Shown here in pieces: positions 19,799 to 34,320 of a stretch of 64,000 bases of DNA (position 1 is its first letter; each line of letters opens with the position of its first letter). The DNA lies in NCBI GenBank assembly GCA_003220675.1, contig QHTD01000055.1:18722-82721 (forward strand). The letters are read 5' to 3'. The DNA comes from Candidatus Rokuibacteriota bacterium (GTDB lineage Bacteria; Methylomirabilota; Methylomirabilia; Rokubacteriales; CSP1-6). The translations under genes and the position numbers were made by a program. The notes under the pieces are model-generated. The model was not told the DNA's origin. It worked only from the letters and a program-made list of their open reading frames with translations, and did no database searches.

Positions 19799-20404
19799 TC
19801 ACAGGGCTCCCTTCGTGGACGGGAGGACACCCGCGATCCGCGGATTGATGCGCGTCGCTTCGGCGAGAGCGCGACCGACCGCCTTGAACACCGCCTCCGT
19901 GATGTGGTGGAGGTTGTGGCCGTAGTGCATGGTCACGTGCAGCGTGAGCTCGGCGTTGAAGGCGAAGGCGCGGAAGAACTCCTGGAGCAGGTCGAGGTCG
20001 AAGTTCGACACGCGCGTCCGCGCCACCGGCACGCCGAAGACGAGGAACGACCGTCCCGACAGGTCCACCGACGCGGCGATGAGCGCCTCGTCCATCGGGA
20101 CGAACGCGGTGCCGTAGCGGACGACGCCCTTCTTGTCGCCGAGCGCCAGCCGGAGCGCCTGCCCGAGCACGATGCCGACGTCCTCGACCGTGTGATGCTG
20201 GTCCACCTCGACGTCCCCCTGCGCCTCGACGGTGAGGTCCATCAGGCCGTGCTTTGCCCACGCCTCGAGCATGTGGCTGAAGAACGGGATTGGCGTGTGC
20301 ACCTTCGAGGCGCCGGTGCCGTCGAGGTTGAGCTGGAGCGAGATCTCCGTCTCCTTGGTCTTGCGCTCGACGCGGGCCTGCCGTGCCGTCGTCTCCGCGC
20401 TCAT
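19799..20404 (-). CDS. hisB: Imidazoleglycerol-phosphate dehydratase
   Basis: ...RVERKTKETEISLQLNLDGTG...HHTVEDVGIVLGQAL...HHITEAVFKAVGRAL is monofunctional IGPD. ATGA overlap with hisD. Confidence 0.95.
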   Translation of the reverse strand: MSAETTARQARVERKTKETEISLQLNLDGTGASKVHTPIPFFSHMLEAWAKHGLMDLTVEAQGDVEVDQHHTVEDVGIVLGQALRLALGDKKGVVRYGTAFVPMDEALIAASVDLSGRSFLVFGVPVARTRVSNFDLDLLQEFFRAFAFNAELTLHVTMHYGHNLHHITEAVFKAVGRALAEATRINPRIAGVLPSTKGAL

Positions 20405-21768
20405 TCGCTCCTCCCTGGGTCGTTCCCGAGCCGTAGCTCGGCCGCGCGCCCGTGCCCGGCGAGCCCCTCGATCCGCGTGAGCGTCCTGAGATGGGGCGCG
20501 GCGGCGGCGAGCCCGCGCAGCGAGTACTCGATGACGCTCGAGCGCTTGACGAAATCCTCTGTGCCGAGCGGCGACGCGAAGCGCGCCGTGCCCGCGGTTG
20601 GGAGGACGTGGTTGGGACCCGCGACGTAGTCGCCGACCACCTCCGGGGTGTGGCCGCCCACGAAGACCGCTCCCGCATGGCGGACGCGCGGCACGAGAGC
20701 CGCGGGGACGCTCACCATCAGCTCGAGGTGCTCCGGCGCCAGGCGGTTGGCCAGCTCGACCGCGTCGTCGAGCGACGCCACGCGGATCAGCGCGCCGTTG
20801 GCCTCGAGTGCCCGCGCGGCGATCTCGCGGCGCGGCAGCGTGGCGAGCTGGCGCTCGAGCGCCGCCGCGACGCGCGCCAACAGGTCCGCCGCGTCCGTGA
20901 TGCAGAGCGCGCGGGCCATCGGGTCGTGCTCCGCTTGCGCGAGCATGTCGGCCGCCACCCACGCGGGATCGGCGGCGCCGTCGGCCACGACGACGATCTC
21001 GCTCGGCCCCGCCACCATGTCGATGCCGACCTCGCCGAACACGCGCGCCTTCGCCAACGCCACGTAGATGTTCCCGGGGCCGACGATCTTGTCGACACGG
21101 CGGATCGTCGCCGTGCCGTACGCGAGCGCCGCCACCGCCTGGGCCCCGCCGAGGCGATAGCCCTCGGTGACGCCGGCGAGGCGGGCGGCGCCGAGTATCG
21201 CGGGCTCGACGCGGCCCCCGGGGCCCGCCGGCGTCACGAGCACGATCTCGCGGACGCCCGCGACGCGCGCCGGCACCGCGGTCATCAACACCGTGGACGG
21301 GTATGCCGCGCGCCCCCCTGGCGCGTAGATCCCCACCCGGTCGAGCGCCCGGACCTCCTGGCCGAGGACGGAGCCGTGCTCGTCGGTGAGGCGCCACGAC
21401 TTCGGCGCCGCCACCGCATGATAGCGCTCGATCCGCTCCGCCGCGTAGGCCAGGGCCGCGCGGACCTCGGGCGCGAGCCGTCGCTCCGCCGTCTCGAACT
21501 CGTCCGGAGTGATTACGAGCTCCGTCGGCGTCGCCGCGGTGAAGCCGTCGAAGCGCGCGGTCAGCTCGAGGAGCGCCGCGTCGCCGCGGGCGCGCACGTC
21601 GGCCAGGATCCGGTCGACCGCCCGGTGGATCTCGGGTGGGACGGCCGCCGGCGAGCGCGCGAGCGCCTCGACAACGGCACCAAGGCCGAGCTGCCGCGCG
21701 TCGATCACGCGGATCGGGTGGGCTGAGACGAGAGGCGAGTCGGCTCCGTTCCGCTCGTCGCTCTTCAT
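20401..21768 (-). CDS. hisD: Histidinol dehydrogenase; first ~17 codons derive from the junction repeat
   Basis: HisD body (...AAYPSTVLMTAVPARVAGV...QAEHDP...). The called ATG at 21768 lies inside the repeat ([18 protein letters not shown] parallels [18 protein letters not shown]). The true start may be further downstream. Confidence 0.9.
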   Translation of the reverse strand: MKSDERNGADSPLVSAHPIRVIDARQLGLGAVVEALARSPAAVPPEIHRAVDRILADVRARGDAALLELTARFDGFTAATPTELVITPDEFETAERRLAPEVRAALAYAAERIERYHAVAAPKSWRLTDEHGSVLGQEVRALDRVGIYAPGGRAAYPSTVLMTAVPARVAGVREIVLVTPAGPGGRVEPAILGAARLAGVTEGYRLGGAQAVAALAYGTATIRRVDKIVGPGNIYVALAKARVFGEVGIDMVAGPSEIVVVADGAADPAWVAADMLAQAEHDPMARALCITDAADLLARVAAALERQLATLPRREIAARALEANGALIRVASLDDAVELANRLAPEHLELMVSVPAALVPRVRHAGAVFVGGHTPEVVGDYVAGPNHVLPTAGTARFASPLGTEDFVKRSSVIEYSLRGLAAAAPHLRTLTRIEGLAGHGRAAELRLGNDPGRSE

Positions 21769-21830
21769 TCCAACGCCCCTGGGGCCGCCACACTCGGTGG
21801 GTGGCCTGAGACAGTCGCTGGGTGGCGCCG
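21715..21830 (-). repeat. Junction repeat family copy absorbed into the hisG 3' end and hisD 5' end
   Basis: The plus strand reads gggtgggctgagacgagaggcgagtcggctccgttccgctcgtcgctcttcattccaacgcccctggggccgccacactcggtgggtggcctgag. The core ggctccgttccgct is identical to the 4130 copy. Confidence 0.65.
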
Positions 21831-22457
21831 TGCGCGCCCCATCTCCTCGATGAGACCGGTCACCCGCGCGTGCTCGGTCTTCATCGACGCGCGGTTCACG
21901 ATGACGCGGGCCGTCGAGCGCGTGATCTCCGCGACCTCGACCAGCCCATTCACGCGTAGCGTCTCCCCCGACTGGACCAGATCCACGATACGCTCGGCGA
22001 GCCCCACGAGCGGCGCCAGCTCGACGGAACCGTCGAGCCGCACGATCTCGACCTGGACACCGCGGTTGGAGAAGTAGGCCTCGGTGAGCCGCGGGTACTT
22101 GGTGGCCACCCGCACCCACGACCACTTCGACGGGTCGTCACGCTCCCAGAGCTCTCGCGGCTCGGCAACGACGAGGCGGCAGAAACCGAACCCCAGATCG
22201 AGCGGCTCGTACACGTCCGGCTCCTGCTCGAGAAGGATGTCCTTGCCGACGATCCCGAGATCCGCGGCGCCGTAGAGGACGTACGCCGGGATGTCGGCGG
22301 GCTTCAGGAACAGCACGCGCAGGTCGCGCTTCGGGTCGGTGAAGATCAGCCTGCGCGAGTCCTCGTCGATCCCCTCCACGCCAACGTCGCGCAGGAGCAC
22401 CAGCGCCGGGTCCAGCAACCGGCCCTTGGGGAGCGCGAGCGTGAGCACGTCTTTCAT
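21765..22457 (-). CDS. hisG: ATP phosphoribosyltransferase, short form; last ~22 codons derive from the junction repeat
   Basis: [22 protein letters not shown]...[15 protein letters not shown]... is HisG. The C-terminal ...[21 protein letters not shown] is repeat-encoded. ATGA overlaps with murA and hisD. Confidence 0.9.
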   Translation of the reverse strand: MKDVLTLALPKGRLLDPALVLLRDVGVEGIDEDSRRLIFTDPKRDLRVLFLKPADIPAYVLYGAADLGIVGKDILLEQEPDVYEPLDLGFGFCRLVVAEPRELWERDDPSKWSWVRVATKYPRLTEAYFSNRGVQVEIVRLDGSVELAPLVGLAERIVDLVQSGETLRVNGLVEVAEITRSTARVIVNRASMKTEHARVTGLIEEMGRARRHPATVSGHPPSVAAPGALE

Positions 22458-23710
22458 GCGCGCCGCACGATCCGGGCCCCGAGCGCTCCGAGCTTGACCT
22501 CGAGGCGCTCGTAACCGCGGTCCAGGTGGTAGACGCGCGCGACGATGGTCGTCCCACGCGCGGCCAGCCCCGCGAGCACGAGCGCGGCGGAGGCGCGCAG
22601 GTCGGACGCCATGACCGGCGCGCCCTGGTAGCCGGGCACGCCGCGGACAATCGCGATGGCGCCCTCGGTCTCGATACGGGCGCCCATCCGTGCCAGCTCG
22701 GCGACGTGCATGAACCGGTTCTCGAAGATCGTCTCCGTGACACGTGACTGGCCGTCGGCCAGGCCGAGCAGCGCCATGACCTGCGCCTGCATGTCCGTCG
22801 GGAAGCCCGGGAACGGGCTCGTCGTCACGTCGGCCGGGCGCGGCCGCTCGGGGCAGCGCGCGCGGACCCACGTCGGCCCCATCTCGAGAACCACGCCGAT
22901 CTCGTCGAGCTTGGCGAGCACCGACGAGATGTGGTCGGGCACGAGGTCCGTGACCGTGACGTCGCCCCCCGTGATCGCCGCCGCGACGATGAGGGTCCCC
23001 GCCTCGACGCGGTCCGGGACGACGCGGTGCACGGCCCCGCCGAGCTCGACGACGCCCTCGATCTCGATACGCGCCGTGCCGGCGCCCTGGATCCGCGCGC
23101 CCATGGCGGTGAGCAGCGTCGCCAGGTCGACGACCTCGGGCTCGCGCGCCGCGTTCTCGATGACGGTCGTGCCTTCGGCGAGGACCGCCGCCATCATGAG
23201 GTTCTCGGTCCCGGTCACCGTCACCAGGTCGGTCGTGATGCGCGCGGCCTTGAGCCGGCTCGCCCGCGCGCTGACGTAGCCGTTCTCGATCGCAATGTCG
23301 GCGCCGAGCTTCTGGAGCCCCTTGAGGTGCTGGTCGATCGGGCGCACGCCGATGGCGCAGCCGCCCGGCAGCGCGACGCGCGCCGTGCCGTGGCGGGCGA
23401 CGAGGGGGCCGAGGACGAGGACCGAGGCACGCATGGTCGAGACAAGCTCGTACGGCGCGAGGTCGCTCGTGACGCGCGCGACCTGCACGCGGAGCCCGCC
23501 GGCGATGCGGGAGACCCTCGCGCCGACAGTCTCGAGGAGCCTCCCCATTGTGCGCACGTCGGCGAGGTCGGGCGCGTTCGCGAGCGTGACCGGCTCCGAC
23601 GTCAGGAGCGCAGCGGCCATCGCCGGCAGGGCAGCGTTCTTGGCCGCGCTCACCTTCACCGTGCCAAGGAGCGGGACGCCGCCCTCGATCTCGAGCCGCG
23701 CCGGCATCAC
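22454..23710 (-). CDS. murA: UDP-N-acetylglucosamine 1-carboxyvinyltransferase
   Basis: 418-aa ORF ...[24 protein letters not shown]...[19 protein letters not shown]... is MurA. Confidence 0.96.
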   Translation of the reverse strand: MMPARLEIEGGVPLLGTVKVSAAKNAALPAMAAALLTSEPVTLANAPDLADVRTMGRLLETVGARVSRIAGGLRVQVARVTSDLAPYELVSTMRASVLVLGPLVARHGTARVALPGGCAIGVRPIDQHLKGLQKLGADIAIENGYVSARASRLKAARITTDLVTVTGTENLMMAAVLAEGTTVIENAAREPEVVDLATLLTAMGARIQGAGTARIEIEGVVELGGAVHRVVPDRVEAGTLIVAAAITGGDVTVTDLVPDHISSVLAKLDEIGVVLEMGPTWVRARCPERPRPADVTTSPFPGFPTDMQAQVMALLGLADGQSRVTETIFENRFMHVAELARMGARIETEGAIAIVRGVPGYQGAPVMASDLRASAALVLAGLAARGTTIVARVYHLDRGYERLEVKLGALGARIVRRA

Positions 23711-24582
23711 GCCCTCCCCGCGACGAACCGGTCCACGCCCGCGAGGTCGGCGCGGACCGCCACGCTCCCGAACCCCGCCGCGCGGAGGATCCCGGCGACG
23801 GCGTCAGCCTGGTCGCCGCCGGCGGTCTCTAGAACCAGCGGCGCCGAGGGCCGCAGCGCCTCACGTGTGGACACGACGATCTGCCGGATGACCGCGAGCC
23901 CATCGTCGCCGCCGTCCAGCGCCAGGCGGGGCTCGTGACACCGGATCTCCGGCTCGAGGCCCCCGACGAGGACGCTCGGCAGGTACGGCGGATTGCTCAC
24001 GATGAGATCGGCGCGGGCCCGTCCCAGCGCGCCGGCGAGGTCGGCGACGACGACGCGGACGCGCCCCGCGAGACCGAGCCGCCGCGCGTTTTCCCGCGCG
24101 ACGACCGCAGCGGCCTGCGAAACATCGCTCGCGATCACCTCGACGTCACCGCGCTCCGCGGCGAGAGCGCACGCGATGGCGCCCGAGCCCGTGCCCAGGT
24201 CGAGGGCGCGCAGGCGGACGCCGTCGCGCCGCGCCGGCAGGAGCCCGAGCGCCCACTCGACCAGCGTCTCGGTCTCGGGCCGGGGGACGAGCACGTCCGC
24301 CGTGACGCGGAGCCGCAGCCCGCGGAAGGCCTCCCAGCCCAGGATCTGCTGAAGGGGCTCGCGTCGAGCTCGCCGCCTGACGGCGGTCGCGTAGCGCGTG
24401 GCGACCGGCGCGGGAAGCGCGCGGTCGAGATCGAGCTGGGCCTGGAAGCGACCGACCCCAAGCACGGCGGCGAGCAGCCACTCGGCGTCCACCCGCGCGG
24501 TCGGGATCCCGGCGGCAGAGAGGAGCTCGACCGCGGCGGCGAGCTCGGCGCGGCGCGTGGGCGTCCCCGGGGCGGCGCGCAT
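23707..24582 (-). CDS. prmC: Peptide chain release factor N5-glutamine methyltransferase
   Basis: ...[15 protein letters not shown]...VSNPPY (NPPY motif), immediately downstream of prfA. The ATG at 24582 shares one base with the prfA stop. Confidence 0.85.
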   Translation of the reverse strand: MRAAPGTPTRRAELAAAVELLSAAGIPTARVDAEWLLAAVLGVGRFQAQLDLDRALPAPVATRYATAVRRRARREPLQQILGWEAFRGLRLRVTADVLVPRPETETLVEWALGLLPARRDGVRLRALDLGTGSGAIACALAAERGDVEVIASDVSQAAAVVARENARRLGLAGRVRVVVADLAGALGRARADLIVSNPPYLPSVLVGGLEPEIRCHEPRLALDGGDDGLAVIRQIVVSTREALRPSAPLVLETAGGDQADAVAGILRAAGFGSVAVRADLAGVDRFVAGRA

Positions 24583-25655
24583 CAGCTCGCCACCCGCGTG
24601 AGCCGCTCCGCCTGTTCCGCCGCGGTCAACGCATCGATCACGTCGTCGAGGTCGCCCTCCAGGACCGCGGGGAGGCGGTGGAGCGTCAGGCCGATCCGGT
24701 GGTCGGTGACACGCGCCTGAGGGAAGTTGTAGGTACGGATCCGTTCGCTCCGCTCTCCGGTGCCCACCTGGCTCCTTCGATCGGCGGCGATCGCGGCCTG
24801 CTGCTCCTGCTGCGCGCGCTCGAGGAGCCGCGCCTTGAGGACGCGCATCGCTTTCGCCCGGTTCTTCATCTGCGAGCGCTCGTCCTGGCACGTGACGACG
24901 AGCCCGGTCGGGAGATGCGTGATGCGCACCGCGGAGTCGGTCGTGTTGACGCCCTGCCCGCCCGGCCCGGAGGAGCGGTAGACGTCGACCTTGAGGTCCC
25001 TATCGTCGATCTTGACCTCGACGTCCTCCGCCTCGGGGAGCACGGCGACGGTGACGGTCGACGTGTGGATCCGGCCGCTCGCCTCCGTCACCGGAACGCG
25101 CTGGACGCGGTGGACGCCGCGCTCGAACTTGAGCCGGCTCCACGCCCCGCGCCCGTGCACGAAGAGGACCACGTCCTTGAAGCCGCCCGTGCCGGTCATG
25201 CTGGCGTCCATGACCTCGATCTTCCAGCGCTGGCGCTCGGCGTACTTCGTGTACATGCGCGCCAGGTCCGTGGCGAACAGCGCGGCCTCCTCGCCGCCCG
25301 CGCCGGCGCGAATCTCGACGAAGACGTTCTTCTCGTCGTTGGGATCGCGCGGTAGGAGCAGGCGCTTCAGCTCGTCCTCGAGCGCCGCCTGGCGGGCGGC
25401 GAGGTCGTCCACCTCGGCCTGAGCGAGCTCCACGAGCTCGCGGTCACCGCCCTCCGAAAGGATATGGCGGGCCTCCCCGAGCCGCTTCAACACCTTGCGG
25501 TACTCGGTGAACCGCTCCACGGTCTCGACCGTCTCGGCGTGCTCCCTGCGGAGACGCGCGTACTCGGCCGGCTGCGCGAGGATGGCGGGATCGGACAGCA
25601 TCCGGGCGATCTCGTTCGACCGCTCTTCGATCTGCCGGAGCTTGTCAAACAGCAT
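24582..25655 (-). CDS. prfA: Peptide chain release factor 1
   Basis: 357-aa ORF with the PVT tripeptide ([14 protein letters not shown]) and the GGQ motif ([17 protein letters not shown]). Confidence 0.97.
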   Translation of the reverse strand: MLFDKLRQIEERSNEIARMLSDPAILAQPAEYARLRREHAETVETVERFTEYRKVLKRLGEARHILSEGGDRELVELAQAEVDDLAARQAALEDELKRLLLPRDPNDEKNVFVEIRAGAGGEEAALFATDLARMYTKYAERQRWKIEVMDASMTGTGGFKDVVLFVHGRGAWSRLKFERGVHRVQRVPVTEASGRIHTSTVTVAVLPEAEDVEVKIDDRDLKVDVYRSSGPGGQGVNTTDSAVRITHLPTGLVVTCQDERSQMKNRAKAMRVLKARLLERAQQEQQAAIAADRRSQVGTGERSERIRTYNFPQARVTDHRIGLTLHRLPAVLEGDLDDVIDALTAAEQAERLTRVAS

Positions 25656-25675
25656 CGGGGCTCAGCGCCTCCCGC

Positions 25676-25709
25676 AAACAGAAAACCGGCTGGAGCCCAC
25701 CCCAGCCGG
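25676..25709 (-). terminator. Intrinsic terminator downstream of rpmE
   Basis: The minus strand reads CCGGCTGG-GGTGGGCT-CCAGCCGG followed by TTTTCTGTTT. It starts about 15 nt after the rpmE stop and ends about 20 nt before the prfA ATG. Confidence 0.6.
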
Positions 25710-25723
25710 TCGCGGAGCGTTCG

Positions 25724-25936
25724 CTACGACGACGCGCTCTGCCGCTTGTATTTCCGCTGAAAGCGCTCGACGCGCCCGGCAGTGTCCACGAGCTTCTGCT
25801 TGCCGGTATAGAAGGGATGGCACTTCGAGCAGATCTCCACCCGGATGTCGGGCCGGGTCGAGCGGGTGCGGACGACCTCGCCGCACGCGCACGTGATCGT
25901 CGTCTCCACGTACTCCGGATGAATACCCACCTTCAC
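25724..25936 (-). CDS. rpmE: 50S ribosomal protein L31 (Zn-ribbon type)
   Basis: From the GTG at 25936 (GGGAGGTG SD 5 nt upstream): [48 protein letters not shown]... The TTG start at 25990 in the ORF track is unlikely. Confidence 0.9.
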   Translation of the reverse strand: MKVGIHPEYVETTITCACGEVVRTRSTRPDIRVEICSKCHPFYTGKQKLVDTAGRVERFQRKYKRQSASS

Positions 25937-25961
25937 GATCGCCACCTCCCGCGAGAAGACA

Positions 25962-25990
25962 ACGATACCAGTACGGGACGAAAAAGGCAA
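25962..25990 (-). promoter_or_regulatory. Candidate sigma70-type promoter for rpmE
   Basis: The minus strand reads TTGCCT, a 17-nt spacer, then TATCGT, about 25 nt upstream of the rpmE GTG. Confidence 0.3.
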
Positions 25991-26077
25991 AGAGCGCAGG
26001 AACTTGGCCGCTTCGAGCGCGGGCTCTGCCCGTGCCTCCCCCCAAAAGGGGGAGAGGGAAGGCCCCCTCCGACGTGG

Positions 26078-27394
<1,317 letters not shown>

Positions 27395-28607
27395 CGGGCT
27401 CCGGGCGCGGCTTCTAGAGGCCGCGTGCTAGTGAAATGGTTACGCGACGACAGCAGATTTCCTGCGGGGTTAGGAAGATAACGGCAAGCATTAGCTTCCC
27501 ATCCTGGCGACGAATTGTCAACGATTTTTCACAGGCGGACCTCGATGACGGCCCGCTGCTTGATTTCTTTGAGCCAGGCCTCCAGGCGCGCTTCGTACTT
27601 CTCCCGGAACAGGATCTCGCGGATCTGCGCCTTGGCCCGGACCAGCCCCTCCCCCTCGAGGCTCTCCTTTGACTCGAGCCGGAAGAGATGGTAGCCGAGC
27701 GACGACCGGTACGGGTTGGAGACCCCGCCCGGCTCCAGGCTCAGGATCTGCGCCTCGATGTCCTGAGCCAGCTCGCCCCGCTTGAGTATTCCGAGGTCGC
27801 CGCCGTCTTTCGCGCTGGCGTCGCGCGAGTGCCGGCGAGCGAGCTCGGCGAAGTCGGCCCCCTGAACCGATTGGGTGCGGAGCAGCTCGCCCCTGATGCG
27901 CGCGGCCTCCCAGGCCGCGTCGGAGGGGCCGCCCTCCGGCACGATCAGAATGTGCCGCGCATGGTAGGCGAGGCCGGTTTCGAGCTTCTGCCGGTTGGCC
28001 TCGACGTACTTGGTGATCTCGGCCTCGGTCACCGAAATCCGGAGCCGCACCTTCCTGTTGATCACACGCGCCACGCGGAGCTCGTCGCGGACCCGCTTCT
28101 TGATCGCCTCCATGGTGAGGCCCTGCGCCTTGAGGAGCTTCTCGAACTCCTCGCGACTCCGCACCTCCAGCTTCTTGATCCGCTCCGTCAGCTCCTCCTC
28201 GACCTCGGCCTCATCCACCGCGATCTTCTCGCGCTCGGCCTCCTGGACCTGGAGCCGGTTCTCGATCATCTTCGTGAGGAACTGCTGGACGAACTCGTCC
28301 GAGGCCGGTGCCTCCTGGTGAGTCTGGTACCGGTACGCGGTGATGGCCTCCTGGAGCTCGCCCAGGGTGATCGCGTCGTTGTTGACCACGGCGACGACGC
28401 GGTCGGTCACGTCCTCGTCCTTGGGCTTCGCCGCGGCGCCCGGCCCCGGCGGTCGCGCCTCCTTCGGTGCCTCCGGCGCCTCCACCGCGGCGACGATCGG
28501 CTGGGGCTTGGGTTCGTCCTTTGTCCTGCCGAGCCACGGCATCCACGACGGCGCCGCGCAGCCGCCCAGCGCAAGCGCGAGCAGCCAGGCCGCCGCGGGC
28601 CGACGGA

Positions 28608-31829
<3,222 letters not shown>

Positions 31830-31894
31830 CGAACGAACAACCCTACCCTACCACGCCACCGGCGCCGCTTCGGGGCGACCGCTCGCGGATCCGG

Positions 31895-32545
31895 CTAGCG
31901 CGAGCCCTTCGCCAAGTAGAAGCTGAGGGTCTCCAGCTCGATCGAGAGGTCGACGTTCTTGAGCCGGACCTCGCGGGGGACCTTGAGGCGCGTCGGCGCG
32001 AAGTTGAGGATCGCCCTGATCCCCGCCGCCACGAGCTGGTCGGTGACGGTCTGGGCCGACTCGGTGGGCACGGCGATGATCGCGATCTGGGCGCCGCGCG
32101 CCTTGATCTCGCGGGCCACGTCACGACTCGTGACGATCGGCACGTGGTCGACCTCGCGCCTGGCCTTCGCCGGGTCGTCGTCGACGATCGCCACGATGCG
32201 GAAGCCCTGGCGGGCGAACCCCTTGTAGCGAAAGAGCGCCGAGCCGAGGTTGCCGAAGCCGACGAGGACCACCGCCCACTCACGGTCGAGCCCGAGGATC
32301 TTCTGGAGCTCGGCCTTCAGCCCCGACACGTAGTAGCCGATGCCGCGGACGCCGAACTCCCCAAAATAGGCGAGGTCCTTGCGGACCTGCGCCGAGTTGA
32401 GGTTGAAGCGATCGGCGAGCTCCTGCGAGGAGACGGTCTTGACGCCGTCCTCCTCGAGCTGGAGGAGGCAGCGCGTGTAGACCGAGAGACGACGGATCGT
32501 CATCTCGGGGATCCTGGGAAGCCGAGAGCTCGGGCGTGGCGCCAT
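31895..32545 (-). CDS. rex: Redox-sensing transcriptional repressor Rex
   Basis: ...IPEMTIRRLSVYTRCL...SSQELADRFNLNSAQVRKDLAYFGEFGVRGIGY (wHTH), then a Rossmann fold VVLVGFGNLGSAL. I place the start at the ATG at 32545. Confidence 0.9.
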   Translation of the reverse strand: MAPRPSSRLPRIPEMTIRRLSVYTRCLLQLEEDGVKTVSSQELADRFNLNSAQVRKDLAYFGEFGVRGIGYYVSGLKAELQKILGLDREWAVVLVGFGNLGSALFRYKGFARQGFRIVAIVDDDPAKARREVDHVPIVTSRDVAREIKARGAQIAIIAVPTESAQTVTDQLVAAGIRAILNFAPTRLKVPREVRLKNVDLSIELETLSFYLAKGSR

Positions 32546-32555
32546 CTCTTCAGGC

Positions 32556-32587
32556 GGCGCATCGCGCGCCGATGCGCGCAATGCGCC
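32556..32587 (-). other. GC-rich 32-nt palindrome (stem-loop) between atpE and rex
   Basis: ggcgcatcgcgcgccgatgcgcgcaatgcgcc pairs GGCGCAT/ATGCGCC and CGCGCGC/GCGCGC around a CGAT loop. No U-tract follows. Function unknown. Confidence 0.4.
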
Positions 32588-32604
32588 GATGCCCCGGATC
32601 GTCG

Positions 32605-32922
32605 CTACCTGATCGGCTGCACGAACAACAGAATAATGCCGATGACCAGCATGTAGATCGCGAGCGACTCGATCAGCGCCAGGCCGATGATCATCGCGGT
32701 CTGGATGCGCGCGGCCGCGCCCGGCTGCCTGCCCATGGCCTCCACCGCCGCCGCGATCGCTCGACCCTGCCCGAGCCCGCAGAGTCCGGACGCGATCGCC
32801 ATTCCCAGCCCCGCGGCGATGACCGCGAACGGCCCGATCCACCCGCCGCCCGCCTCGGCCGCGAACGCCAATCCCGGAACCCCGAATACCGCCATCCCCG
32901 CCAGAATCAGTGAACGTCGCAC
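32605..32922 (-). CDS. atpE: F0F1 ATP synthase subunit c with a signal-peptide-like N-terminal extension
   Basis: The C-terminal 75 aa form a typical c-subunit hairpin ([18 protein letters not shown]...[23 protein letters not shown]). They are preceded by [27 protein letters not shown]. Confidence 0.9.
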   Translation of the reverse strand: MRRSLILAGMAVFGVPGLAFAAEAGGGWIGPFAVIAAGLGMAIASGLCGLGQGRAIAAAVEAMGRQPGAAARIQTAMIIGLALIESLAIYMLVIGIILLFVQPIR

Positions 32923-32949
32923 GAACGCCTCCTGTGTACGTGTGGTGTG

Positions 32950-33729
32950 CTAGTGGTGGTGAGCCTCGTGCCCCTCGACCGCCCCCGCGATGTACACCAT
33001 CGTCAACAGCACGAAGATGAACGCCTGGAGGAACGCCACCAGGATCTTCAGCGGATAGATGAGGACGATGTTGAACGCGACGATCATCACGGCGCCGACG
33101 CTGCCGAGGACTGCCCCGGCGGCGCTGCCCGACAGCGCCCAGCCCAAGAGGCCGTCCAGCCCCATGAGGAAGAACATCATGGCGAGCAGGATGTGGCCGC
33201 CAAACATGTTGCCGAAGAGCCGCACCGTCAGTGACAGCGGCCGTGCCAGGTGGGTGAACATCTCGATCACGAACATCAGGGGCTTCAACAGAAGCGGCAC
33301 CGGCCCCGTGAAGTGCTTGAGGTACGCGATGAGGCCGTGCTTCCGGATGCCGATGTAGTGGTACGTGCAGAAGACGACCAGCGCACAGGCGGCGGTCGTG
33401 TTGAGGTTGGCCGTGGGTCCCGCCAACCCCGGGACGAGCCCGAGAAGGTTGCCGCAGAGGATGAACAGGCCCAGGGTCGCGATGAGCGGCAGGTAGGGGC
33501 GCCCCTGGGGCCCGATGACCTCGTCGATCAGCTGCTCGCACTGCACGAGCACCACCTCGAGCACGTTCTGCACGCCCCGCGGCACCAGCTCGAGTCGACG
33601 TGACGCGACGAACGCGAGCGCCGTCAGGACGATCATGACGAGCCACGTGTACGTCACGTGGTCCGGGACGTAGCCCGGCCAGAAGATCCCGGGCAGCCGG
33701 ACGATCGGGGGATGCTCGATGATCTCCAC
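32950..33729 (-). CDS. atpB: F0F1 ATP synthase subunit a
   Basis: Polytopic protein with the a-subunit signature ...LARPLSLTVRLFGNMFGGHILL... The GTG at 33729 lies 2 nt after the atpI stop. Confidence 0.93.
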   Translation of the reverse strand: MEIIEHPPIVRLPGIFWPGYVPDHVTYTWLVMIVLTALAFVASRRLELVPRGVQNVLEVVLVQCEQLIDEVIGPQGRPYLPLIATLGLFILCGNLLGLVPGLAGPTANLNTTAACALVVFCTYHYIGIRKHGLIAYLKHFTGPVPLLLKPLMFVIEMFTHLARPLSLTVRLFGNMFGGHILLAMMFFLMGLDGLLGWALSGSAAGAVLGSVGAVMIVAFNIVLIYPLKILVAFLQAFIFVLLTMVYIAGAVEGHEAHHH

Positions 33730-33731
33730 GG

Positions 33732-34082
33732 TCAGCGCTCCCGGCTCGCCGCGCGCAGCCCCTCGACGATCACCGCGCAGGGAAGCACGCTGAGCCCGGC
33801 CAGCAGCGCGACCGGATGCGCCCACTCGAGCGCGAGCAGCACCGCGCACGCCGCGGCGAACGCGGCGAGGCGGAGCCCGGCGCCGACCAGCCACGCCCCG
33901 CCCGCGACGCCGGCGCTCGACGCGACCGCGACCGCGCGCGCGGCAAGCCAGCGGAAGTTCACGACGGCGAGCGCGCCCCCGGCGAGGACGCCGAGGGCGG
34001 CCGTCGAGCCCCCGAGCCACCCGGCCGGGGCCGCGAGGAGGGCGACGAGCGCGCACGTCGCCGCCGTCACACGCGCCGTCAT
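33732..34082 (-). CDS. atpI: ATP synthase protein I (AtpI-like small membrane protein)
   Basis: 116-aa hydrophobic ORF with a VVNFRWL motif, in the canonical slot before atpB. The start at ATG 34082 was chosen because it does not overlap atpZ. Confidence 0.6.
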   Translation of the reverse strand: MTARVTAATCALVALLAAPAGWLGGSTAALGVLAGGALAVVNFRWLAARAVAVASSAGVAGGAWLVGAGLRLAAFAAACAVLLALEWAHPVALLAGLSVLPCAVIVEGLRAASRER

Positions 34083-34083
34083 G

Positions 34084-34320
34084 TTACTTGGAGTCATCGA
34101 GCTCCCGCTCCGCACGGCTGACCGACCGAAAGAGATTCACGAATCCGGCGGCGATTCCCATGCCGAGGCCGAGCAGCGTGAGCCAGGGTTTGGTGCCGAG
34201 CCAGCCATCCGCATAGTACCCGGCGCCCAGGCCGATCACAGTCGCCAGCACCAGCGTGAGTCCGATCGAGGACAGCTCGCCGAGCGCTCTCCAGGTGCCC
34301 TTTTCCCCGGGCGGCGCCAT
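34084..34320 (-). CDS. atpZ: AtpZ/AtpI-family small membrane protein
   Basis: 78-aa ORF with two TM helices (LGELSSIGLTLVLATVIGLGAGYYAD...WLTLLGLGMGIAAGFVNLF), first gene of the F0 cluster. Confidence 0.7.
   Translation of the reverse strand: MAPPGEKGTWRALGELSSIGLTLVLATVIGLGAGYYADGWLGTKPWLTLLGLGMGIAAGFVNLFRSVSRAERELDDSK

Noticed and set aside
25991-26077. CTCCCCC-TTTTG-GGGGGAG hairpin after rho as an intrinsic terminator.
   Set aside because: No U-tract follows the stem. It may still stabilise the rho mRNA 3' end.
27490-27521. TTGACA upstream of rho as a promoter -35 box.
   Set aside because: The best -10-like hexamer (GCTAAT) is 20 nt away, outside the usual 16-18-nt spacing. I left it uncalled, although the AT-rich 134-nt spacer surely holds the rho promoter and leader.
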